Source of the DNA: Lama guanicoe
Lineage: Eukaryota
DNA length: 64,000 nucleotides
Direction of reading: 5' to 3'
Assembly (NCBI GenBank): GCA_013239625.1
Contig: MU054001.1
Location: 7,572,746 to 7,636,745, forward strand
Shown: in pieces, positions 1 to 13,400 of the stretch
How the letters are laid out: each line of letters begins with the position of its first letter
How positions within the stretch are numbered: the stretch's first letter is position 1
Notes under the pieces: model-generated
Told to the model about the DNA's origin: nothing
The model's database searches: none
What the model saw: the letters and a program-made list of their open reading frames with translations, nothing else
Program-made: the position numbers and the translations under genes

Positions 1-469
1 GAGAATTAATTTCTAACCCTAAAAAAAAAGGAATATTCCAATTGTGTTTGAAAGAGACCTTGTCATTTCACTAATGAAAGGTTAATCTATGTAGGATTAT
101 CTTCAAAATGATTCCGTAGTGGGAGAGGGGAGGAGGTGGAGATGAAAGATGCAACAAAAGTGACTCTGAGTTTTTAATTCTGGAGCTGGGTGACTGATAC
201 AGGCAGGCTGGCTGTGCTGTTCTCTCTACTTCTGTACATGTTTGAATCTTTCCATAATATGTGAAACAAACAAAAAGACTTCTGTGTTTTAAAACCCTCA
301 CTTTGAAGGTTAAGAAGTTTGCCCAAGTAGGTGGGCACCTGCATGGGGCACTGAGATTAGAAAGAACAAGCACCTGGCTCCAGGCAGACCTGGGGCGAAC
401 TTGACCCTCCACTTCTCACCATCCACAGCCAGCCCATAACTGCATCCTGTCAGCTCCACTCCCCAAACG

Positions 470-1110
470 CATTCCTCCCTGGCTCCCACCATCTCTCATC
501 TGGCCCACTCCAAGAGCATCCTACCCAGCCTCCCTGCTTCCTGGGTCCCTGCAATTCATTCTCCACATTATCTTTGCAAAATGTAAGTGAGAGAAAATTA
601 CTTTAGTGTTTAAACAATCATGACTGCTTCTCACTGCACTTAGAGTCTACACCACTTTTGGTGCTCCTGATGCCCTTCTAAACCTCGCATCTCATCACTC
701 TCACCAGCGCTGGTTCCAGTATCTCCTCAAACCTGCTGAGCACATTTGTACCTGGGGCCAATGGAAAAGCTGCCTCTATTCCTGGGGTGACTTTTCCCAG
801 ATCCTCAAAGTCCAGCCTCCTTATCACCATCTCAGCTCACATGCAACCTCCGCAAAGATAGCTTTCTTGACTCACTTCCCCCCAAGTCTCCCATCTCAAC
901 ACTGTTATTTCCTTCACTTCAATCTGACATTGTTTCCTTATTCGCCCGATATTTTTGTTTGCTCGGTTGTCCTTGGCCTCCCTCCCCCCAGCAGCCTTGC
1001 CCAAACAGCATAAGCTCCCGGGAAGCAGCCGGCACTGCTGCTCTGAGAAGACACATGCTGAGTGTGACATTACAGTCACATGGTGTAGTGAAACGGTGTC
1101 GAACAGCAGA
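470..1110 (+). mobile_element. Ancient LINE-2 3' region, degenerate
   Basis: L2-type motifs (ccaccatctctcatctgg...cctccctgcttcc...aattcattctccac; taagctcc...agcagccggcac). Boundaries approximate. Confidence 0.55.
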
Positions 1111-1171
1111 TACAGCAAAGCAGTGAGAATTTCTCTTATTTTATACTTTAAGTGAAACGTAACATTTACTC

Positions 1172-1600
1172 CTGTTTAATGAAGAATTTGGTAGGTCTTT
1201 GGTCCCAGTTCCTGGACGGCAACCCCTAAAGACTTGAAATTTCCCAAGATAGGAGTGCCTTTGCTATTCATGGTGGACCCCTGTTTGGCTTGTGTTCATG
1301 GGATAACTCAGGATGGGGACTGGCCAGCCAGAGACACCAACCATGTGATTAGAGGAGTGGGGCTTTGAGCTTTGTGACAAGTGAGTGACCACCAGGGGAG
1401 GAAGGGGCTGAACGGTTAGGGCTAAGGAAAGGTTTGACTTACAGTTAGGGTTTGGGTTCGCCATGTCGGTAGTGACCCAATAAATCATGGCTTTGTTATA
1501 AAGCCTCCAGTAAAAACTTGGGGCAACAAAGCTCAGAGCTCCTGTAAGCTTTCTGTTTGGTAACACTCTTGGAGGACTGTCACACTCAGATGCCGTGAGG
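1172..1600 (+). mobile_element. MER21-like LTR fragment
   Basis: TG start followed by ggtctttggtcccagttcctgg...cccctaaagacttgaaatttcc...ggctggccagccagagacaccaaccatgtgattagaggagtgggg, typical of the MER21 LTR group. Confidence 0.6.
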
Positions 1601-1646
1601 GCAAACCTGATCCCTTCCCACTGGAGTGCTCTCCTCAACAGCTCAC

Positions 1647-1761
1647 CTGATGAGATCGAAGGGCTGCTTCTTGTCTATGCTTCGAGGAGAAGCCCATTCC
1701 CTGTACAGAAGGCCCTGTTCGCGGGGGCAGCTGATGTCCTCTGCCGGAGGCTGAAGTTGCA
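1647..1761 (-). pseudogene. ANO6: ANO6 pseudo-exon 7 (115 bp; 116 bp in human as recalled)
   Basis: cttcccag|CNFSL/EDISCPREQGLLYREWASPRSIDKKQPFDLIR|gtgagc, versus ANO6 CKFRRQSEDPSCPNERYLLYREWAHPRSIYKKQPLDLIR. One 1-bp deletion. Confidence 0.92.
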
Positions 1762-3744
1762 CTGGGAAGCAGAAGCAAACAGGTGAGCATCGCTGTCACA
1801 ACGTGATCACATGTTCTGTTGATAAAATGTGGTGCTAACACTTTGTGGTCATTTGTAAATAAGGGACCTTCACTTGCCAGAATGTATGGAGGTACCATAT
1901 AATTTTTCATAATTTTCACCCAGGATTAATACTAACCCCTTGAGGGTCATTTGCAAACATAGGTGGAAAGGAATGCCTGGATGTTACTGTCCTGGAACCA
2001 CCGTGGGTACCTGGTGAGAGCCTTGCATGTGCTTAATGTCCTACAACCGGGCCACTCTTCCACGGCAAAAAACTAGGCCACCCAAGTGCCCAAACTGCTG
2101 CAGTGGAGGGACACCTGATGGTCCAGCCCCCTCCTTGGACACCCAGAGGAACCTGGATTCTGGCAGGTTAGGGGCAGGGTCAATTTTACAACCCAGGCTT
2201 TTTTGTCCCCACAATTCAGTAGTTATTCGGTGACAGCACATGGAATATAAACAACAAAGTAACTTGACATGATGTTATATATTTAGCTTACTCAAGAAAC
2301 AAAATTTAAATCCAGTCATTCTCCTTCCCACCTGACCTACTTTCCTTTCTCCTATACTAGAACCAGATTATTACCCACCCAGCCTTAACATGCGTCCTGA
2401 CTCCACTTACCTCCCTCCCAAACACCACATGAGATGATTCCTCAGCCTGGATGTGGGACCAGCAATTACAACACGCTTTAGTGGAAAAGTACTGGTTCTG
2501 CACAGATGTCAACTAAACACTGTAGAATCCTGGTGTCCCACATTAGTAATCATGACAGCTGTTTGCAAGTGTCCCCAAAGTTCATTTCAGACTCTCACTG
2601 CTAATTTTGCTGGGACATAAATATAAAACAGGTGGACTGCTGGGCAGGACTGTGATGCTGGGGCTCTGATCCAGGAAGCTCAGTGTCTGCTCCCTGCACC
2701 CAGCTCCCTGTTCTGTTCATGCATGTGCATCAAGCAGCTGTTTACTGTCCATTTTAATATCTTAAGCAGTGCATTTCCATATTGTCTTCATCCATAAATA
2801 CGTGTACCACACAGTAGTAATGATTAATCTCAGTGTTTGCTTTCCTTGGTCTTAGAGAGTCAGATAAATGGATAGCAAAGATATAACAAAGTCATAGAGC
2901 ACTATAATATAGTACTTTCTTTATTTCAATGACAGGATTTATTTAAAGAGCTTAGATATAACATCCTTGAATTTATGGCATCATTAAGCGTCTGAAGCTG
3001 CTACATTTTAAAAACGTCATTTCAGGCGAGATGTTATCAGTTAGAGAAGTGCTCCTAAACTTGAGGGGTTGCTGTCATCTCAGACGGAGTCCCTAAAAAA
3101 TGTCAAAACTCTGCAGTATTGCCATCATGACAAGAACCCAGACAGATGAAATTTGGAAAGCCCTGTGGCTTCCTAGTGCATAGACAGAAAATGGTATTTC
3201 AGAGGGAAAAAGCCTGAATTACAGAAAATGATCAATGAAATGGTCTTACATGCATTTCCCTTACAAAGAACTAATACTCCTTTGGTTGATAATAACATCT
3301 GTCAGTAATTATGAAAAGAGCTGACAGATGCATAGTACTTACTATTAGCCAGGGCTGTTCTAACATTGACACAGATTCATTAATCCCCATAGCAACTCTA
3401 CGAGGTGGGTATTATTATTATCCCCACTTTATTGATGAGGAACTTGATAAACACAGAGGCTAAATGACTTTTACAAGGTCGACAGTGAGAAACCAGCACA
3501 GGTGTTCCAGCCTGAGTCTACACTCTTGGTCTCTTCCCTTTTTTTTTTTTTTTGGTGGGATCCCGGTGTCTGGGATTCAGCAGTGAACAAGACAACATGG
3601 CTCCTGCCCTAAATGAGCTTGTCACCTCCTGAGATATTATCTTCATTTTACCCAGGAAGAAACAAGGTCAAGAAGATTAGCCTTTTCCTGTTAACACCTG
3701 AGGAGACATGAGGTGCTTTATTTCATTTCTTCCATTTGACTTAC

Positions 3745-3859
3745 ACCATGGGGAGGGAAAGCTGCCTTGCAGATCCCGGAGCTCACAAGCCTGTTAATCC
3801 CGAATTTTTTTAACACTGTCCCTTACTTGATACTTGATCTGAGAAAGGATGAAGTAAAC
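3745..3859 (-). pseudogene. ANO6: ANO6 pseudo-exon 6 (115 bp; 114 bp in human as recalled)
   Basis: tttttag|VYFILSQIKYQVRDSVKK/FGINRLVSSGICKAAFPPHG|gtaagt, versus ANO6 VYFILSRVKYQVINNVSKFGINRLVNSGIYKAAFPLHD. A +1 insertion lies in an A-run. Confidence 0.93.
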
Positions 3860-4082
3860 CTAAAAAGATTCTAAGAGAGTGTGTGGTTTATACAGGGTAA
3901 CTAACCAGCCACTGTTTACTATCCTAAAAGGAATCTGTAGGCATATTTCTTTTCTTTCTCTTTTTTCATTTTTATGGGCAGCTTTAAAAACCAAACCAAA
4001 CCAACCAAGCCAAATCACTGATAATTCAACAACAGGTTCTAACTCACCCCCAAGACAGCAGATAAACTCAGTTTAGACTTAC

Positions 4083-4368
4083 AATGTGGTTTCTGGTGGC
4101 TGGATTGAAAAATGTACCTCTATCCTGAATATAAATGACATTCACGCAGTTCTTCTCAACTAGGGCAATGAAAAACTCTTGCTCCGGCTTGATGATACCT
4201 TCATATACTTGGAGGACATTCATAAAACAGCTGAAATTATCAAAGGCTGAGGACGGGTTTTCAGATCATTGGGCTTTAGAGGCAATTTTATGTGCAGTAT
4301 CTCAGCGTATGTACAGAGGACCTCCCACAGGGTGTGTACTTTTCAAATACAAGCTTGTCTTCCAAAAC
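4083..4368 (-). pseudogene. ANO6: ANO6 pseudo-exon 5 (286 bp; 288 bp in human as recalled)
   Basis: Reads VLEDKLVF/KVHTLWEVLCTYAEILHIKLPLKPNDLKT/SSAFDNFSCFMNVLQVYEGIIKPEQEFFIALVEKNCVNVIYIQDRGTFFNPATRNHI|gtaagt, versus ANO6 VLDDKLVFVKVHAPWEVLCTYAEIMHIKLPLKPNDLK...KPEQEFFTAPFEK...FFNPATRSRI. Two 1-bp deletions. Confidence 0.95.
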
Positions 4369-5256
4369 CTATATTGGGAGAATGAAAACACAAACTAAGA
4401 AACTAACTATTTTCACATTTTTAGTACACAGATTTTTCTTATGTTGCTGGTAGTTAAAGCACTTGTGCAAACACACACACATATGACACTGGTAAAAGTG
4501 AAGATATAATAAAAATAGATTTGCAAACCATCATACATTTTTGCCTTAAAGATAATTTCTTTGTTGAAATTACTTAAAAGTTATTTAAAATCCTTAGAAT
4601 TCATTCATAAAATAACCATTGTTTTACATGAAGAAAAGCAAACTTGTTAATTTTTGGTCCAAATTAGTAACAAAAAATAGAAACACCATACTATTCTTTG
4701 CAGTGGTATTGTAGTGACAATTTTTTAAATTTCTGAAACCTAGGACTATTTATATATCTCTTCAATATAGTGTTAAACAGCCATTAAAAGGGATTTAAAA
4801 GAATTTTATGTATTGATATGGAATATATAATAAAAGGAAAAAGCAAAAAAATGTGAAATAATAATTTTCCTTTTTGGAAGGGAAAAATATCTACATTTGA
4901 ACAAAAAAAGTTTAGAAGGATTTTAAGTTTCTTTATGTATAATTAAGGTACAGATGATAAGGTACAGATTTAATTCCACTGTTCTTTCATTTTCAAATTT
5001 GGGGGTAAATTTTTATAATAAAAAAATCTTTAAAAAGGTTCTTGCATTAATACATTAATAGATATCTTTATGTCTAAATTCTCTGGCTATTAAAAAAGAT
5101 CTCCTAGCTTTGGATCTGTAACATACATTCCATAATGCAGTTCCTGACTGACTCGCCTCCCAGACCACTGTGAAGGTACGGCTAGGGTGACATGTTTCAA
5201 AAACCATTCCAGGTAACATGCAGGCTCCCAGTCAATGGCTGCAAAGGGACTGACAC

Positions 5257-5321
5257 TGATCAGGTTGCTCCCAGCTGCAGACCATCACAGATGAGGTTAG
5301 AGTCATAGGCTCATGTATTCT
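5257..5321 (-). pseudogene. ANO6: ANO6 pseudo-exon 4 (65 bp; 66 bp in human ANO6 as recalled)
   Basis: ttttgacag|AGA...GCC TAT GAC TCT AAC CTC ATC TGT GAT GGT CTG CAG CTG GGA GCA ACC TGA TCA|gt reads AYDSNLICDGLQLGAT*S, versus ANO6 RKRQAYESNLICHGLQLEATRS. One 1-bp deletion plus a stop codon. Confidence 0.9.
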
Positions 5322-6053
5322 CTGTCAAAAGAAATCAGAAAATGTTAGGCTTTTACTTTTACCAAGGGAACAAGAAGTTGTTTGATTTTTTATGCAAAAA
5401 AATAACAACAAACCATTTTGAGCCTGATGAAAAGACATTTGCTCAAAACAGCACAGTAGCAATGCAGGTGCTTTGGCTGGCAGGGACTTGTTGGATTTCT
5501 GTGAGTGCTGGACTCCTCACATGGAATTCCCTTGGCACTCCAGAAGGCCTGTGGTTGTCCCCATGGGTTTGTGGCCATATGTGGTGCACAAAAGTCTCTG
5601 GCTTTGCCACAATTTCAAAGCCTTTTTTGGCTTATGAAAGGCTTTGCACTCAAATGGAGTTTTCTTGAGTCCACTCACTGATGTCATTCACCACAGTTAT
5701 AGTCCAGATCTGATATTCTAGACTCTTAAAATCTTGCAGACATTGAAATGTTTCAGGTTTGGATGTGTATTCACCTCTGCAGGCCTGGACCTAATTCGAT
5801 AAAACCACCCGGACAAGTTCAGCAAAATGCAAAGACATTTTCCTCTCTGCAAGACTGAAATGTCTCTGAAGCTATAAAAACTTCTGCATCTACAAATATA
5901 GGGAACCAACTCATCAATAACATATCTATCCATAATGCACGGCCATTTAAAAAAATACTGTTTTTGCTGCTATTAAACTCTATCTGGTTTTTGCCAAATT
6001 GTGTCCTAAACTGTAAGGAAAGTATATAAATGTAGAGAATTTTTGACCTTTTA

Positions 6054-6835
6054 AGAGAAAAAGGAACCCTCCTACTCGGTTGGTGGGAATGTAAATTGGT
6101 GCAGCCACTATGGAGGACATTACAGAGGTTCCTTAGAAAACTAAAAACAGACTGCTGTGTGATCCAGCAATCCCATTCATGGGTATATGTCTGGAGAAAA
6201 ATATAATTCAAAAAGACACATGCACCCCAATGTTCACAGCAGCACTATTTACAATAGCCAAGACACTGAAACAACCCAAATGTTCACTGACAGATGAGTG
6301 GATGAAGAAGTTGTGATATATTATATATACATGTATATATACATATATACATATATATACACACACATATATACACATGAACACATACACACAAAAGAAT
6401 AGTGCTCAGCCATAAAACATAAAATAATGCCATTTGCAATAACATGGATGGACCTACAGGGTATTATGCTGAGTGAAATAAGAGAAAGAAAAACAAATAT
6501 TCTATGTATTAACTTATATGTATATCTAAAAAATAAAACAAATTAATGACTATAATAAAACAGAAATAGACTCACAGGTACACAGAACAGACTTGTGGTT
6601 ACCAATGGGGAGAATGAGGAGAGCGGAGGCAGGAAGGGGGTAGGGGATTGAGAGGTAAAAAGTACTACATATAAAATGGATAGGTTACAGGGCTGTATCA
6701 TACAGCACAGGGAAATATAGCCATTATTTTATGGTGACTTTAAATGGAATATAATCTATAAAAATGTTGAGCCTCTGTGTTGTACACCTGAAACTAATAT
6801 GATGTAAATCAACTATTCAACTACAAAATTTTTAA
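6054..6835 (+). mobile_element. LINE-1 3' end (ORF2 C-terminus plus 3' UTR) with an internal TA/CA microsatellite
   Basis: Canonical L1 motifs ggtgggaatgtaaattggtgcagccactatgg, cacatgcaccccaatgttcacagcagcactatttacaatagccaagac and tgtacacctgaaactaatat. Confidence 0.9.
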
Positions 6836-6876
6836 TCAAAGTTTTCTTTTCATATTATTTGCAATAAGTTATGAGC

Positions 6877-7165
6877 CAGCACTGTCAATAGAAACATAGT
6901 GCAAGTCACAATTTTCCAGTAATCCCATTTAGACAATAAAAAGGAACAAGTGTACTTAATTCCAGTAATAATTATATTTATCCCAAAATATCCAGTATAC
7001 TATCATTTCAAAAGTGTGATTAACACTTTTAAAACTTATTAATAAATATTTTACGTTATTTTTGTTGTACAAAGTCTTGAAAATCTATTATGTATTTTCC
7101 ACTAATAGAACATCTCAATTCACAATAGCCACATGTGGCTGGTGGCTACCATACTAGACAGAGCA
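6877..7165. mobile_element. MER33-like hAT-Charlie DNA transposon remnant
   Basis: Ends cagcactgtcaatagaaa... and ...atagccacatgtggctggtggctaccatactagacagagca match the MER3/MER33 group. Confidence 0.7.
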
Positions 7166-7531
7166 AATTACACCATTCACACTTCTGATAAATTACCTGC
7201 TTTTACTTATTTAAAAAACTTGCAGAAAAGGCTTAGGATATTCCCTATATCAAACAAAGCAACCTTGACGGGTGGGGAGTATCTTCATTATAAATTGAAC
7301 AATAAATGTAAGAGAGCCATGGTTACATGTATGTTAAGGTAGCAATAACTTCTTAATTCATTCAGGACTTTAAAATCTTTCTTCATATGCCAAGGATTAA
7401 CTGTCACTGCACAATGTTTTTCACTATTATCATCTTTGGAATTGAGAGGCTTCTGATGACCCTGCTTTGTGCATCTGTATATAAAAGAAAATAACAAAAC
7501 AGAGAAAAAGACCTTATTAAAGATAATTTAT

Positions 7532-7690
7532 GGGGGAGGGTATAGCTCAAGTGAAAGATCATATTCTTAGCATGCACAAGGGCCTGGGTTCAATCCCCAG
7601 TGCTTCTTCTAAAAATAAAATAAATAAATAAAAACCTAATTACCACCTCCCTGCAAAAACTTAATTACTTTAATACAAAGTTTAAAAAAG
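7532..7690 (+). mobile_element. tRNA-derived SINE of camelid (Vic-1-like) type
   Basis: GGGGGAGGGTATAGCTCAAGTG (A box), CTGGGTTCAATCCCCAG (B box), A-rich tail, and imperfect target-site duplication aaagataatttatg / aaagataacttagtg. Confidence 0.85.
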
Positions 7691-8744
7691 ATAACTTAGT
7701 GCAGGCTTCTCAGGCTACAAGAGCTACAATGAATACCCCTCCCCCCATTAATTTAGAAGAAGTCTCACAGTATTTCCCAACATAAAGGCTAAAATATAAT
7801 TCAGAACACTTTCTGATGGTCAGCATGATTTTAACAAAAAAGTAGGTAATTACTTCTCTGGTGTCAAAGCTCTGTCAGAGTTGTGCATAGAAAATTTAGT
7901 AAAAACGATTTTGCAACTGCCTTTTAAAAAAGGCTAAGAAATGATCTTTTCTGTAGGAAATTAGTCTGCTTTTACATTCTGCATTAGGCATACGTGTTTA
8001 CAGACCAGGCAGGAACTGGATCATATTTTACACATACCTTAGAAACTGATTTGAATTTTGCGGTCTTCCTGCAAGTCTATTTTTTAGGTGATAACATAAG
8101 CTGGCCACTGTACAAAATTTTGTTTCCCTGTTTGCTTAATTCTCACAACAACTCTGTAAGCTGCTATTATTACCCCCATATAACAGATAAAGAGCTTGAG
8201 GCAGAAAATAATTTGGGTAACTTGGTAAATGGTGGAGCTGGGTAAGACTTCAGCTAGTCTGACACTCAAGTCCATTCTTCTCATCGATGTCTGATACTGC
8301 TACCTACATTCAGCAATGACCGTTGACTTCATATTTAAGTGTAATTTCTAAAAGTGCAAAGCTATATTAGTACTGCTGTGTAAATTATTCTTTTGAGATG
8401 TGATTGCCAAAAAAACAAAAACAAATAAAATCAGGTTGCCACCAGGTGGAAGCCGAACTGTATATGGACAGAAACAAGGGGACTTTTTGAGGACACAGTT
8501 GTACAACTCTAGAAATAGCTAAAATGGCTGCCTTGTACAATTATAATGTGTGAATTTTACTGACTGTAAATTACACCTTAATACAGCTATTAAATTAAGA
8601 AACTGGTATACCAAATTAAGACTACAACACATATATATATCACACAAAGAACAACAGGCAAGTATCATTATTTACTGAACCATTTTCCTTCATGCAGCTT
8701 CCTTTCCTCACCCGTTCCTGAAAGGATGAATCATTTTTAAAATA

Positions 8745-9760
8745 GTCTTTTAATCTATTCAGCAAATAAATTTTGACTTCCTACTATGTACCCAGGACTA
8801 GTCTAGGCACTTGGAATAGATCAATAAACAAAACAAAAGTCCTGTCCTCACGGAGCTTGGTTGGAGTCTAGCTGGAGTGGGGGGTGGAGATGACAATTCA
8901 CTCAACAGAGCAGCAGAGGAGGTGGCATGATAGGAAAGAGGAACCATGGAAAAATCAAAAAAGGGCAAGGTAAAGAGAGTTTAGGGTATGGGATGATGGT
9001 GATGTTGTATTAAATACCAGAGCAGGCCACACTGAGGACTGAGGTTAGAAATAAGACTAGGAGGTGACAAGTCCCAGGTGGATGGAATAACCATCACCAA
9101 GGGCAGCGTGCACCTCGCATGTTCCAGAATGGGGGCACGGCTGGAGCTGTGGAGAAGGGTCAGTGCAGATCCTGTACGGCCTTGGAGGACGTTGTAAGGA
9201 CTGTGGCTTTTACCCGTAGTGAAATGGGGAGGCACTGCAGAAGGAGGACACAATCTAACTTAGGTTTTCAAGGCTCACTTGACTGCCGGGTGAGAATAGT
9301 CAAAACGGGTCAGAGATGAAAGGAGGGAAGCCACTGAGAAGGGCTGTGCAGGAGGAGAGGACAGTGGCTCAGGGCAGGGAAGCAGCAGTGGAGGCAGGAG
9401 CCATGGTGAGAAGTGGCTGGGCTCTGGATATGTTTTAAAGGCAGTGTTAAACCAGATCTATTGACAGAATTCATGTGGTATGTCAGTGAAAGTCAGAATA
9501 ACTCCAAGTTTTTTGACCCAAGCTGCTGGAAGGATTAAGTTTCCACTAACTGAATGGAGGGTGCTGCAGAAAGAACCAGTTTGGGGGGTAGAAGGACCAA
9601 AAGCTCAGTTTTTACACATGTAGGTTTTAAGATATCAGAGTTCCAAGTGAAGATGTCAAATCAGCAGAAGATTGTAAGAGTTCAGAGTTGGAGAGAAAAA
9701 GTCTAGCGGGAGACAGAAATGTGGGAATCATGGGTCACACAGGTGGTAGAGGAAGACATG
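8745..9760 (-). mobile_element. Ancient LINE-2, degenerate
   Basis: attcagcaaataaattttgacttcctactatgtacccaggactagtctaggcac is the L2 3' end in antisense, followed by a purine-rich L2 body. Confidence 0.65.
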
Positions 9761-10278
9761 AAACCCAGGTACTCAAACATTAAGATAACCTGGCATTAAC
9801 CATAGAAGTTGTCCTTGAGGGCCTGCCTACTAGGTGTGGATATCAGTCCTATTTCCCGACCACTCGAGTTTTAAAAAGGAACTCACAAATGAATTCGTGC
9901 AAGACACTGCCTCCAGGGGGTGGGATCAGAGCTGGAGTGGGAGAATGAGATTTTGCATGCTACTCTGTACGGCAGAATTTGTGTGTGTGTGTGTGTACGC
10001 ATGTGTGTGTATGCATGTGTGTGTGCACAGGGGGATGAGTTACACCTGGCTTAAGAAAAAAGAGCTAGTAGGTCTAGAAGCCGAAAGATGAAAGAACGTC
10101 CAGATCTGTTAGTGGGAACAGGGGAAACACTGTGTACTGTAAGACATATCCCCATAATGCCATTTCCCACCATCCTTTCATCAGGAACACAGTTGGAAAG
10201 GGGGGAATTATGTAGATAAGTGCGATGACACAAACCTTTCTGAGTATGTAACACAGAATATCTACATATGTAGCAAGT

Positions 10279-10442
10279 NNNNNNNNNNNNNNNNNNNNNN
10301 NNNNNNNNNNNNNNNNNNNNNNNNNNNNNNNNNNNNNNNNNNNNNNNNNNNNNNNNNNNNNNNNNNNNNNNNNNNNNNNNNNNNNNNNNNNNNNNNNNNN
10401 NNNNNNNNNNNNNNNNNNNNNNNNNNNNNNNNNNNNNNNNNN
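10279..10442. other. Assembly gap (N-run)
   Basis: Run of N characters. Confidence 1.
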
Positions 10443-13400
10443 AAGAATGTTTATATTTGCTTAAGAAATTGAGAGTTACAACTTCCTGCTTTAAAGAATT
10501 AACTTTAAGACAGATACCATACTATAAGCAACGTCTATACTGGTGCTTTCTTAAAGCTATTTTTAGTTCCTGCTTTTTCTGATGTACTCCAGAAACTCTG
10601 CAAAGAAAACCTTCTATTCAAAGGCTTAAAGGAATAAAAAAAGAAATAACACTGCATTCTTTTAAGTGTTCTCTGTACTGAAAGTCACTTGCAAATGCAG
10701 CACCCTGCCACAGGTCTACATTTTTAACAATAAATTCCTTTGCACAATTTTTCAATTGTTATGTGACTTTGTGTCAGTCTCTCACTCAGAAGCAGAATGG
10801 AGTACCAGAAAATGACACATCATGTCTAAAACTACAGATGTGGGAGATGAACGTATAACAGGAAACAGCTAAGTGGGAGGGTAAGGTTTCCCTTTTAAGT
10901 TACCGTAAATGCAGTTACACCTTTTCCCTGCTTCCCTTGTGAAGTGGAGAACTAGTCTTTTCCAGAAAATCTCTCATTCTGAGAACTGTCTTCTTTAAAA
11001 TATTTGGAGATTCTTTTTTAAGGTTCTTTCACTTTTAAGTCTTTCCCCAACTCTACATCCCATAACAAGTGTTAAAATTATCCAATAGCCTATTTCTACA
11101 GAACATACTCTACAAAAGCTGAGGTTTCCCAGGGTTTGGATCCCAGAACTCTGCTACCAGATAATCCTAAAGCCTTCCTTCCATACCTGACTCTTCTGCC
11201 AATTACCAGCTGTGGGCAAATTCGGCTTCTCAGACCAGGTGACTTTCTAACTCTGCCTACGAACACTCTGCTGCCAGTAAAGGAACTCTCAGCCAGGAAG
11301 CACACAAAGCCCCTAGTCAGGGTTGCCTTCTTCAAACAATCAAGGTGCCATCACCAAGCAAATATTTAAACCTACTGCAAAAGTTCTGAAGACATCTTAC
11401 AAACAATATAGTTTCTATAGATGCCTACTATTTGCTCTGGAACAGTGATTTCCAATGGAGGGAACATAGGACCCCATGACCCAAGCAATTTTTTAAAACT
11501 GCACACAACGATCCCTCTTCACGTGAGGATTCAGGCAAGCCCGTCTTACAGGTCTAGGTGTAACAGAATGACAGCACCTATAGGAGTAGGGTGAAAAGCA
11601 GCGAGGTAGACTTTTAGTGAAAGGGGGTGATGTAATATGCCCCATCACCCACTTATCTCCCACCACAGGACAATCATCTAAGATTGAGAACAAACACCTT
11701 GGGAAACAGAGGTTGTTTATGTTTTTATGGTTTTCTGGTGGAAATAATGCCCTGAGTCATGTGAAGTTGCGGCTGCAAAATTGAACAGGGGACCAGACAT
11801 TTTCACATTCAGGACACAAATAACCCCCGGTTTACCACCATATCTGCTCTCCCCTTTGCCTGTTCACCCCAAAAGCTGCAGGACTCTCCTGCTTGCAATG
11901 ACACCCACCACTTCTCACAAATTCCTGCCAAGAACATGTCAGCAGCTGGTGGTATCAAAGTCACCATTTGTACTGCTCTGAAGTCCCTCCATTACTTTAT
12001 ATCCCTTCTATTTTCTCTATTGTCTTCCTAGCTACACTTGCATTCAGAAGCTGGTTACTGCACTAACATTGCCTCTTTAATCAGTCCAGGATATAGGAAG
12101 TAGAGATTCAACTGTAACCAGTCCCAGAATACTTGTCATGCCACTCTAGTTTCCCAACAAAATACACTGGCATCCCTCATCTCTTCCAAAGAACCACCGC
12201 ATTACTTAGAGGTTGTAAAAGTAGAGGGCTTTCTCTTCTGGGAAACACTGTGGATTGTGGTAGAGTTGTGATTTCAGTTTTTGTAACTAGTTACAGGCAA
12301 AAAGACATGTTCCGCAAATTTTCTCCAAGCATTTGGAATTTAAACTTTTATTAGATACAGAGCTGGCAGACTAACTGTTATCTATGAATATATGGTCATA
12401 TTACCAAATAATGTTCATGTCTGCCTTACAGACATGTAAGAACTTGAATTACACCTGCAGCCTGTATGCCTTTAGAATTGGATGTGAAGCATCCTGTGAG
12501 ATAAGAAACCTCCTAACCAGTCACAGAACACCTTATTGACAACATCACATTATTGCCATTGAATACATTATTAGAGTCCATGTATGGTTAAGTTACATCT
12601 CCAATTTCTCAGAGCTGGAAAGCAGAAGTCTAGAAAAGCTGGAAAAGCCCAATTACCAAAACAGCTCAAAAGTTGAAGCAGACTCCTTCACCTCCTAGAA
12701 CGGAGGGCGGAGGGGGCTTTGCCCACCACCCTGTCCTCCCCCACGACGTGGCATGTGGGGAAGCAGGCAGGAGTGGGTGGCTGGGACTCGGAGGTGGAGA
12801 GGTGATGAAAGCAAGAGTGGAACTGCTCTGGTCCTAGAATAACAGAGCTGTAAAAAGCTCGGCTTCAGTTCAACCCGCTCCCTCTCCCACTTTCCCTCCC
12901 ACCTACGTGACAAACAGAGCACAGTCAGGCACTTTTTGCCCATGACGGTGACTACTAGCAGGAAAGGGACCAGGATAAAAGCATGTTCTATAAAAGATCA
13001 GTCTGATTTTAAAGACTATGTTATAAACAATGAACAGCACTGTCAGAGTGGGACTATTGTGAGGCGCTCAAATAAGGAGGAGGAGGCTGAAGATCCATTT
13101 CCAGCACTTTCATGTCTTTTATCACTCCTATTTCTGAACTTTCCTTTGCCACTTTTTGTAGCACTGCCATCACTGACAGGTAAAGGGGCAGTAATGTGAC
13201 TTGGCAGTTTGGCTGATGGGGCTACATTTCCCAGCACTGGAATGAAAAGACACTGGAAAAGGAGGAGCTGGAAGATATGAACTGTGGTCCTGGCCTGTGC
13301 CAAACACTAAACAGGTGACCCTGGGTTAGGCTCTTAGTCTCTCTGGGCTTCCGGCTGTTTACTTATAAAAGAAGGTTTTGTCATTGCACAAATATATCCA

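Larger units (their letters stand above)
1647..5321 (-). pseudogene. ANO6: Unprocessed partial duplicate (pseudogene) of anoctamin-6/TMEM16F, exons 4-7 with introns
   Basis: Four minus-strand exons with AG/GT boundaries translate to ANO6-like peptides in the correct order, with ANO6-like intron spacing (~0.9 kb, ~0.2 kb, ~2 kb). Every exon carries an indel and exon 4 has an in-frame TGA. Exons 1-3 and 8 onward were not found in the window. Confidence 0.92.

Noticed and set aside
7532..7610. tRNA-like sequence with A and B boxes (also at 50421)
   Set aside because: SINE head with A-rich tail and target-site duplication, not a tRNA gene.
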